A stretch of 32,000 nt of DNA from Candidatus Electronema aureum (lineage in GTDB: Bacteria; Desulfobacterota; Desulfobulbia; Desulfobulbales; Desulfobulbaceae): the NCBI GenBank assembly GCA_004284765.1, contig NQJD01000007.1, positions 60,001 to 92,000 on the forward strand. Direction: 5' to 3'. Shown here piece after piece: positions 7,813 to 14,899 of the stretch (the first letter of the stretch is position 1; every line of letters starts with the position of its first letter). The position numbers and the translations under genes were made by a program. The notes below the pieces were generated by a model. That model worked only from the letters and a program-made list of their open reading frames with translations. It had not been told where the DNA came from and made no database searches.

Positions 7813-9204
7813 TTACAATCCGATATTCGCATCATCAGGCAGCTTCAATTTACCCAAAAGCGAAGGATAGCTGATCTCCAGCAGCTCGGCAGCCCGGCTC
7901 TTATTGCCGCCGGTGACCTCCATTGCTCGTTCAATTAGCCACTGTTCCACAATCTGTCGCCCTTTTTTAATCGATGAGGTACTCAACAGCAAGTCAAGGG
8001 GATGACCGTTCCTACGTCCCGCCAGCATTTTCGGTAAGTTATCCGGTTGAATTAGCCTATCGTCAGTCAGTAGCACGGCCCGTTCCAGCACATTTTCCAA
8101 TTCACGGACATTACCCGGCCAAGAATGAGTAAGCAACATCTGCAAAGCAGCCGGAGCCGCACCTTCAATCTCAGGCCGGTTCATGCTAATCGCAAATTTT
8201 TCAATAAAATGGTCACAGAGCGGTGGGATGTCGGCGATGCGCTCCCGAAGCGGTGGCAGATGAATATTGACCACATTCAGTCGATAAAAAAGGTCTTCCC
8301 TAAAGTGGCCTTGCCGAACTTCTTCGGTCAAGTCGCGAGCTGTAGCCGCGAGGATTCGTACATCAACCTTTCGGCTGACTGTTGCACCAACGCGCCGAAT
8401 ATCTTGCTCTTGCAAAACCCGGAGCAACTTAACCTGGATAGATAACGGCAGCTCGCCAATTTCATCCAAAAACAGAGTGCCGCTGTTGGCTTCCTCAAAC
8501 AGGCCTTTTCGATCCCTATCCGCGCCAGTGAAAGCGCCCCGGACATGGCCAAAAAACTCGCTTTCTATCAAATTTTCAGGAATACCACCGCAGTTGACCG
8601 CCAAAAAAGGATTGGCAGCTCTGCCACTTTTTTCGTGAATTCCCCGCGCGACCAGCTCTTTGCCGGTGCCGGATTCGCCGGTGATCAGCACGGTGGTGCT
8701 GTGCTTGGCCACTTTGTCGGCAAGCTGGAAAATCGCCTGCATAGCCTTACTGCTGCCGATCATTCCGCCCAGTCCAGCGGTTTTTTCCAACCCGGCTATC
8801 TTTTTTTTCAGAAAAATATTCTCCCGGCGCAACCGCTCACGCTCCTCGGCTTTTTTCAACACCAACACTACTTCATCGGTCTTGAAAGGCTTGGAGATGA
8901 AATCATAAGCTCCCTGCTTCATGGCCTCAATTGCAGTATCAACCGTGCCAAAAGCCGACATCATAATGATCACTGCCGAATGCTTGACTTCGACTGCGGC
9001 CTTGAGAAAGGAGATCCCATCCATTTCAGGCATTCTGATGTCGCAAAGGACAAAATTAACGACATTTGTTTGCAGCAATTCAAGTCCAGCCCGACCATGC
9101 GCAGCGGTTTCTACAGCATAACCTTCGCCCTTGAGCAAAGCAGAGAGCATGTGCCGCATGTTTTCTTCGTCGTCAATCACCAGCACCTTTGCTGTCTCAG
9201 TCAT
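7813..9204 (-). CDS. pilR: Sigma54-dependent response regulator, PilR/NtrC family (REC + AAA+ + Fis-type HTH)
   Basis: The REC domain shows VLVIDDE...CDIRMPEMDG, Walker A is GESGTGKE, and the sigma54-contact loop GAFTGA is present. A C-terminal HTH (NKSRAAELLEISYPSL) closes the protein. The start was moved from 9219 to the ATG at 9202-9204 because AAGGAGGG sits 5 nt upstream of it. The gene overlaps the kinase stop by 8 nt. Confidence 0.9.
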   Translation of the reverse strand: MTETAKVLVIDDEENMRHMLSALLKGEGYAVETAAHGRAGLELLQTNVVNFVLCDIRMPEMDGISFLKAAVEVKHSAVIIMMSAFGTVDTAIEAMKQGAYDFISKPFKTDEVVLVLKKAEERERLRRENIFLKKKIAGLEKTAGLGGMIGSSKAMQAIFQLADKVAKHSTTVLITGESGTGKELVARGIHEKSGRAANPFLAVNCGGIPENLIESEFFGHVRGAFTGADRDRKGLFEEANSGTLFLDEIGELPLSIQVKLLRVLQEQDIRRVGATVSRKVDVRILAATARDLTEEVRQGHFREDLFYRLNVVNIHLPPLRERIADIPPLCDHFIEKFAISMNRPEIEGAAPAALQMLLTHSWPGNVRELENVLERAVLLTDDRLIQPDNLPKMLAGRRNGHPLDLLLSTSSIKKGRQIVEQWLIERAMEVTGGNKSRAAELLEISYPSLLGKLKLPDDANIGL

Positions 9205-10672
9205 TATTCCCTCCTTCATCAGCTAAAGGCAGACAGATAGAAATGGTGCTGCCCTCGCCTGCTTTACTTTCCATTTTCATGAACCCGCCTGCGTTTTCAA
9301 CCATTGAGCGGGAAACCGACAACCCCAGTCCAGTGCCTTTGCCTATTTCCTTGGTTGTGTAAAAAGGATCGAAGACGGCAGCAAGCTGCTCCTCAGTAAT
9401 GCCAATGCCGTTGTCTTCAATGCGGATGCGCAAAAAATGCGGCTCAGACTGATCGGTGGACAGCACGATCTGCCCGTTATTTCGCTCAATACCGCTACTG
9501 ATCGCATCCGCACTATTAAGCAGGCAGTTGAGCAAAACTTGACGTAGCTGGTCGGGATCGATATTAATTCTGTCCTGCGCTGCCTCCGCTTGGACAGTCA
9601 ATTTAATCTGCTTGAACGCAGACTGCACCTGCACCATTTCTACCACGGAATCTAACAGCGCGTGGACAAAAAAAATCTCTGGTCTGCCTTTGGAGACTCT
9701 GGCACAATTCAACAATTGGCGGATAAGACCGCTCACTCGTTGCAATTCTTGATCGGCCCGACAAAGAAAATCCTGATTCTCCTCGCTCTGGCCAGAGCGA
9801 GCTAACAGGTCGAGATAGCCCTGAATCACCGCCAAGGGATTGCCGATTTCATGCGCCAACCCAGCGGCCATTTTTCCCACTGAAGCCAACTTTTCTGCCC
9901 GAATCATCTCCTGCTGCCGTTCCTGAAGCTGCCGATTAGCAACCTCCAGCTCGGCTACAGTTGTTCGCAAAATCGTCCTGTCTTGCTCGATTTTTGCCAA
10001 CATACTGTTCAAGCTGCTCGCCAGCTGGTTGAACTCGCTGCCAGAATGATCAGCGGCAAACCAGACAGCCTCCTGCTCAGTATGCCGATCAGCTAACTGC
10101 ATTAATCGCTCCACAGGCCGAACAATGAGCTTGGTCATCCTGAAAAAGCTGATCACGCCGAGTACCAGCAGATTGACAACTATATAGATAAAAACGATTT
10201 TCTCGGCTTGCCAGAGCGTGGTGAATAACGGCAGCAGCGAGCGCGTCACCGCAACTACGCCGATTATTTGGCCTTGCCGCAGCACCGGTCGTGCACTGGC
10301 TAAAAACGGTTGTTGCCCCCGCAACAAGTCCGCTAAAGAGGCTGAGGCGCGCATTGTCAGCCTGCCGGTCTGAACTGCTTCGGTCGCCGTCTCGGCTATC
10401 AGTGGCGGCAATTCAGTATGGATGTCGTCCCGTGGCAACATCATAATCTGCCCTGATTCTTCGCCGGGATAAAATTCAGTGAAAGAAAATGCCTGCTTCA
10501 GATATGCCTTTTCTGCTGTCAGCTGGTATGCAATATGAAGCAGCACCGCCTGATCACGCTCGGCCTCCCGCTGGAGGGCATCGCGTTTCCAGAACATAAG
10601 CAGCACCATATTCACCAGCAACATGGCGATGAGCAGTAGCGCGGCGACGGTCAAAATCAGTTTGGTTTTCAT
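9197..10672 (-). CDS. pilS: Sensor histidine kinase partner of PilR (2 TM, periplasmic domain, HAMP, HisKA, HATPase_c)
   Basis: TM1 is LILTVAALLLIAMLLVNMVLLMFW and TM2 is IVFIYIVVNLLVLGVISFF. The H-box is AAGLAHEIGNPL, the N-box is LLNCLLNSADA, G1 is DNGIGI and G2 is GTGLGLSVS. It is translationally coupled to pilR. Confidence 0.8.
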   Translation of the reverse strand: MKTKLILTVAALLLIAMLLVNMVLLMFWKRDALQREAERDQAVLLHIAYQLTAEKAYLKQAFSFTEFYPGEESGQIMMLPRDDIHTELPPLIAETATEAVQTGRLTMRASASLADLLRGQQPFLASARPVLRQGQIIGVVAVTRSLLPLFTTLWQAEKIVFIYIVVNLLVLGVISFFRMTKLIVRPVERLMQLADRHTEQEAVWFAADHSGSEFNQLASSLNSMLAKIEQDRTILRTTVAELEVANRQLQERQQEMIRAEKLASVGKMAAGLAHEIGNPLAVIQGYLDLLARSGQSEENQDFLCRADQELQRVSGLIRQLLNCARVSKGRPEIFFVHALLDSVVEMVQVQSAFKQIKLTVQAEAAQDRINIDPDQLRQVLLNCLLNSADAISSGIERNNGQIVLSTDQSEPHFLRIRIEDNGIGITEEQLAAVFDPFYTTKEIGKGTGLGLSVSRSMVENAGGFMKMESKAGEGSTISICLPLADEGGNND

Positions 10673-10766
10673 CTCGGCTCAAACATAGCACAGCAGTGGC
10701 GACTGAAATAGAAAAAACGCTTCGGCGGCGGTCGAGTGGTGCAGAGATCGTCTTTGAAAAGGCCAA

Positions 10767-10803
10767 GTGACAAAAATTGTCAGTGCGTGACAAAAATTGT
10801 CAG
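10767..10803. promoter_or_regulatory. Two tandem copies (20-nt period) of GTGACAAAAATTGTCAG, each a TGACA-N5-TGTCA palindrome; candidate enhancer-binding-protein (PilR) UAS
   Basis: Exact 17-nt copies lie at 10767-10783 and 10787-10803. A third TGACA half-site begins at 10828, 40 nt after the second. The copies lie about 118-154 nt upstream of the sigma54 -24 element of pilA. Confidence 0.6.
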
Positions 10804-10919
10804 CAGGGAAGGAAAAACGATACCCTATGACAGAAAACGCTGGTGAGATAACTTGACTTGATTACGACAACTACCCTGAGTACAAAGAAAAATAGTTCTT
10901 TGCTGCTTCATCGGAAAAC

Positions 10920-10935
10920 TGGCACAGTTCTTGCT
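10920..10935 (+). promoter_or_regulatory. Sigma54 promoter of pilA
   Basis: TGGCACAGTTCTTGCT has a perfect TGGCAC -24 element, correct GG-N10-GC spacing and a TTGCT -12 element. It lies about 80 nt upstream of the pilA ATG. Confidence 0.8.
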
Positions 10936-11016
10936 TCATTTAAAGCAAATGAGACAAACGCCGATAGCGAGGCACGTACGCCCCCGGCGCACAACACACC
11001 AGAACGGAGGAACACC

Positions 11017-11451
11017 ATGAAACTGAATCAATTGAAAATGAAAGCCAACGAGAAAGGCTTCACCCTGATCGAGCTGATGATCGTTATCGCCATCATCGGT
11101 ATCTTGGCGGCAGTAGCAATTCCTAACTTCATTGCGTATCGTGATAAATCGTATTGTTCAGCTGCTGAATCGGATGCAAATGCGATTGCTGCTTCCTTGG
11201 CAGATTATTATGCCATTCCTACACATACAGCTGCAATCACAGGTGCTATTGCCAACGGCGCAACACAGCTTCTCGGTATGAAAGTATCACAATTGTCAGG
11301 AACTAATACCGCTGGTATTTCTGGAACAATAGATAGGTTAGTTATTACTGTAACTGACGGCTCTAAACGTTGCCCTACAGACTACCGGAAGGCTATTGAT
11401 GATTGGAGTGATACTGCTGCTGGTGGTGTTTTCACAAAGACAATGGAATAA
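11017..11451 (+). CDS. pilA: Type IVa major pilin PilA (144-aa prepilin, 130-aa mature)
   Basis: The ORF-track call 10858..11451 was trimmed to the ATG at 11017, which has a GGAGG SD at 11007-11011. The N-terminus is MKLNQLKMKANEKG|FTLIELMIVIAIIGILAAVAIPNFIAYR, with Glu5. The mature protein has two Cys (C33, C105). An alternative start at 11038 would give a 7-aa leader. Confidence 0.9.
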   Translation: MKLNQLKMKANEKGFTLIELMIVIAIIGILAAVAIPNFIAYRDKSYCSAAESDANAIAASLADYYAIPTHTAAITGAIANGATQLLGMKVSQLSGTNTAGISGTIDRLVITVTDGSKRCPTDYRKAIDDWSDTAAGGVFTKTME

Positions 11452-11484
11452 AGTTTCAAGTAGCAACGTCAAGTGAAGCAAAAG

Positions 11485-11519
11485 GAGGTGCATTTCTGCA
11501 CCTCTTTCTCTATTTTTTA
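11485..11519 (+). terminator. Rho-independent terminator after pilA
   Basis: The stem is GAGGTGCA (11485-11492) with TGCACCTC (11497-11504), and the loop is TTTC. It is followed by the T-rich tract tttctctatttttt. Confidence 0.75.
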
Positions 11520-11640
11520 TTGGGGCAAACCGATTGATCAGTCACATTTAACCTTGTGATGATAGATAGTTAAGACAGCGTATCAACATTTTTGCCCCAC
11601 CACCCTGTTTTTCATATAACTATTTGTTTTTAGAATAAAT

Positions 11641-13743
11641 TTGAAAAAATTCAACCGTATGAATAAATCTATAGTTAACTGGAATCATTCATTCGTATTT
11701 TTTTTAATTGCATGCATTGTTTTTGTTACATACTCTAACACTTTCAATGCGTCATGGCAGCTCGATGATGAGCCAAATATAACCAACAACAGCAAAATAC
11801 ATGTTACCACGTTAAATTTTCATCAAATAAACAATACGTTTAGAGCAAATCCAATTGTCAATGATAAACTTTACCGCCCTCTTCCGTGCCTAACCTTTGG
11901 TCTAAATTGGTATGTAGGGCAAGGTAATGTATTTGGATATCATATAGTTAATCTTGCAATCCATATTTTGACCACTTGGTTTCTTTTTTTATCTCTGCAT
12001 CTGCTCCTGCACATCCATTATCAAAAAAAATATCCGGCGCAATTTTTTTTCACCGCTGCTTTGTTTGGCACACTATTTTGGGCATTGGCTCCCATTCAGA
12101 CCCAAGCTGTTACATATATAGTTCAGCGCATGGCATCAATGGCGGCAATGTTCACTATTATTGCCATCTACGCTTATTTGCGGGGGAGAACAGAAAGAAA
12201 ATACGCATGGTTCATCCTCTGTTTACTTTCTTTTTTTGCCGCTTTAGCCAGTAAAGAAAATGCTATTCTTTTGCCCCTTTCCTTGGTACTTATTGAATTT
12301 GCCTTTTTCCCTCATCGGATCACAAAAAAACAGCTATTTCGCTTGATATTTAGCAGTCTCATAATCTTGATAGCGGGCTTTCTTTTTGTTCGCTACGGCT
12401 TAGGTCTCGTTCCGTTTAAGCTATCCAATCCCCTAAGCTTCCTTGACAGCTACGCAAACCGTTCCTTTTCATTTAGTGAGCGCATCCTTACTCAGCCTCG
12501 CATTGTGCTGATGTATCTTTCTCAGATATTTCTGCCAGTGGTAGAACAATTTTCCATCGAGCATGATATTGTTATGTCAAGCTCCCTATTTTTTCCTTGG
12601 ACAACATTGCCTGCAATGTTAACAATTTTACTGTCTATATTAGCAGCTATTTTTTTCTTGAAAAAATATCCACTAATCTGCTTCCCTGTTCTTTTTTTCT
12701 TCCTAAATCATGTCGTAGAATCAACTATTTTGCAATTAGAGCTGATTTTTGAACACCGCAATTACCTCCCTTCATTTTTTCTTTTCCTTCCTATAGGCGT
12801 TCTAATTGCCCGCATTTTATACAGTAATCCGAAGCAGTCGGCTTTCCGACAGGTCACGGCTGCGTTGTGTTCAATTTTTTTTCTGATTGTTTTTGGTCAA
12901 GCGACCTATACTCGTAATTTAGCTTGGGCAACAGAATATACCTTATGGGCAGATGCCATTCGCAAAGCTCCTAACAGTTCAAGAGCAGCACATCATTTGG
13001 GTAAATGGCATTATTATTCTAAGAACTACAATCACGCAATTTATTATTTTCAATTAGCATTACGCAGCACAGATAAAGCGCCAACACCGAAATATAGCAA
13101 ATACCTTGTTCTTAATGCATTAGGATTAAGCTATGCTGCTCTTGGAAAACACAATCAGGCAATCCTGTATCTTAATCAGTGTTTAGAATTAGGCGATTAT
13201 GCAGAATGTTTACAGAACAGATCCGTTGTGTATGCTGACAAAAAAATGTATAAGCAGGCATTGACCGATGCTACACAGTTAGCCAATTCTGTTACTGATT
13301 ACATTTATCAATTAAATGTAGCCATCGTTGCTTTTGAAGCCGGAAATTATGCAACTTCTTATGGGTATCTAAAAAAAATAATCAATTTTTCTCTTGAAAA
13401 CCATCAAGTCATGCATTTAGCTGGTCTTTTGCTGATGAAAGAAGGTGCCTATCCAAATAGCTTATTTTTTTTAAAGCAGGCAAATAAGCTCGCGCCTGAT
13501 GAAATCAGTTATCAGCTTACTCTCGCTGCTGCATATCATGTGGATCATCAACCTGCGTTAACAGAAACGGTTCTGAATGATATATTCAAAAAATACTCGC
13601 TACCTGTCATTACCAATGCTCTAAAGGAGTTCAGACGGCAGAATAGCTTCGTTATCAATGCAGTCAGCTTCATCGAACGTCGTATTGACAGCATGATCAA
13701 AACTAATGCGATAAACCATGAACAACAACCACCTGCACCGTAA
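11641..13743 (+). CDS. Polytopic GT-C-type membrane protein with C-terminal TPR repeats, TMTC/DUF1736-like putative protein O-glycosyltransferase
   Basis: The ORF-track start is TTG at 11641, and an ATG at 11659 is a possible alternative. Loop-1 motifs are WQLDDEPNITNN and YRPLPCLTFGLNWYVGQGNVFGYHIVNLAIHIL. These match the FVFDD..AI..N / YRPL..LTF.LNY....YH..N..H pattern of TMTC O-mannosyltransferases. The protein has at least 9 hydrophobic segments followed by about 250 aa of TPR-like repeats. The gene is strongly AT-rich. Confidence 0.65.
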   Translation: MKKFNRMNKSIVNWNHSFVFFLIACIVFVTYSNTFNASWQLDDEPNITNNSKIHVTTLNFHQINNTFRANPIVNDKLYRPLPCLTFGLNWYVGQGNVFGYHIVNLAIHILTTWFLFLSLHLLLHIHYQKKYPAQFFFTAALFGTLFWALAPIQTQAVTYIVQRMASMAAMFTIIAIYAYLRGRTERKYAWFILCLLSFFAALASKENAILLPLSLVLIEFAFFPHRITKKQLFRLIFSSLIILIAGFLFVRYGLGLVPFKLSNPLSFLDSYANRSFSFSERILTQPRIVLMYLSQIFLPVVEQFSIEHDIVMSSSLFFPWTTLPAMLTILLSILAAIFFLKKYPLICFPVLFFFLNHVVESTILQLELIFEHRNYLPSFFLFLPIGVLIARILYSNPKQSAFRQVTAALCSIFFLIVFGQATYTRNLAWATEYTLWADAIRKAPNSSRAAHHLGKWHYYSKNYNHAIYYFQLALRSTDKAPTPKYSKYLVLNALGLSYAALGKHNQAILYLNQCLELGDYAECLQNRSVVYADKKMYKQALTDATQLANSVTDYIYQLNVAIVAFEAGNYATSYGYLKKIINFSLENHQVMHLAGLLLMKEGAYPNSLFFLKQANKLAPDEISYQLTLAAAYHVDHQPALTETVLNDIFKKYSLPVITNALKEFRRQNSFVINAVSFIERRIDSMIKTNAINHEQQPPAP

Positions 13744-14899
13744 ACAAACCCTTCTCTGGCTTGCCGTCCTGCTGCTTGCCGTGACAGGTTTCACTGTCGC
13801 CCTTTATTCCGCCCACAGCCATTATCAGAACTACACCGACCCACTTTACAGCAGCTTTTGTGCCATCAGCCAAGCCATCAACTGTGACACGGTCGCGCAA
13901 AGTCCGTGGTCAGTTATATTTGCAATCCCGGTCGCGTGGTGGGGTGTGCTGTTCCATGTTTTCCTCCTGCTCATCCTCCTGACAGAAGACCGTCGCAATC
14001 TTGCAGCTTGGCAGGGATTCTTCTTTGTGATGCTCATCGCCTCCGCTGTCACACTGGGGCTGGCGGCCATCGCCGTCACGCAGATAAAATCGCTTTGCCT
14101 TGTTTGTCTTGTCACCTACGCCATCACCTTTGCCCTGACCTACACTTGCTGGATTGGCAGACGGCGGTGCAAAGAGGCTGTTGAAAAAAGCACCGAAGGA
14201 TTCAGCGCAACATTCAGCAAGAAAGACATGCTGCGCAATTACAACGTCGCCGCCGGGGTGTTCTGCGTCAGCCTGCTGCTGCTATATGGCCTGATGCCCC
14301 GCTACTGGCTGCTTGCTCCGGCGCAGGCGGACATCAGTGGCCTGCCGCAGGGCGTGACTGCTGACGGTCATCCTTGGATCGGAGCGGAAAAACCGCAGCT
14401 GACCATAACGCAATTTTCTGATTACCAGTGCTTTCAATGTAGCAAAATGTATTTCTTGTTACGCCAGTTCTTGATTGCGCACCCCGACACGCTGCGTTTT
14501 GTTCATCGTCATTATCCGATGGATCATAAAGTCAATTCAGTCATCGTGCCGGATGCGTTTCACGAAGGTTCAGGAGATTTGGCGAAAGTTGCCATCTTAG
14601 CCGCAATACGGAATAAATTCTGGTCAACTAATGAGCTGCTCTACTCGATGATGCGCAGCGGCGGCAAGGTCAAAGAAATTTCTCTCAAAGAACTTGCGGA
14701 GAAAACTGGACTTGATAACAACGAACTTTCCGCTGCCTTGTCGCATCTGGCCATAGCAGAAATGCTCCGCCGGGACATCTGGGACGGCATGAAGCTGGGT
14801 ATTACCGGCACACCGGCTTTTGAAATTAACGGCAAAGTCTATCAAGGTCATATTCCTGCCGAAATCCTCAAACAGATTGCCGAGCTGCCGAAAAAATGA
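13718..14899 (+). CDS. VKOR-family quinone reductase fused to a DsbA-like thioredoxin domain (disulfide bond formation)
   Basis: The N-terminal half has 4-5 TM segments with a loop Cys pair (FCAISQAINC, C48/C56) and a membrane CxxC (SLCLVCL, 14096-14107). The C-terminal soluble domain carries FSDYQCFQCSK (CxxC at 14429-14440). The gene overlaps the upstream gene by 26 nt. Confidence 0.8.
   Translation: MNNNHLHRKQTLLWLAVLLLAVTGFTVALYSAHSHYQNYTDPLYSSFCAISQAINCDTVAQSPWSVIFAIPVAWWGVLFHVFLLLILLTEDRRNLAAWQGFFFVMLIASAVTLGLAAIAVTQIKSLCLVCLVTYAITFALTYTCWIGRRRCKEAVEKSTEGFSATFSKKDMLRNYNVAAGVFCVSLLLLYGLMPRYWLLAPAQADISGLPQGVTADGHPWIGAEKPQLTITQFSDYQCFQCSKMYFLLRQFLIAHPDTLRFVHRHYPMDHKVNSVIVPDAFHEGSGDLAKVAILAAIRNKFWSTNELLYSMMRSGGKVKEISLKELAEKTGLDNNELSAALSHLAIAEMLRRDIWDGMKLGITGTPAFEINGKVYQGHIPAEILKQIAELPKK

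Noticed and set aside
7633-7938. A 101-aa plus-strand ORF spanning the pilR / minor-pilin intergenic region
   Set aside because: It has a TTG start and no SD, overlaps the pilR 3' end in antisense, and its composition is not protein-like.
8545-9240. A 231-aa plus-strand ORF
   Set aside because: It is antisense to pilR, whose REC/AAA+/HTH motifs are unambiguous. This is a typical shadow ORF in a GC-balanced gene.
10767-10803. Tandem 17-nt repeats, considered as a possible CRISPR or VNTR
   Set aside because: There are only two copies with a 3-nt spacer, and each copy is internally palindromic. This fits a protein-binding operator, not a CRISPR array.
10858-11016. An N-terminal 53-aa extension of pilA in the ORF track (TTG start at 10858)
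   Set aside because: The extension would contain the sigma54 promoter. The ATG at 11017 has a GGAGG SD and gives a normal prepilin leader.
11522-11598. A long-range inverted repeat GGGGCAAA / TTTGCCCC flanking about 60 nt between pilA and the TMTC-like gene
   Set aside because: The arms are only 8 nt and the loop is large. This is compatible with chance, and there are no transposon-like ends or target duplications.
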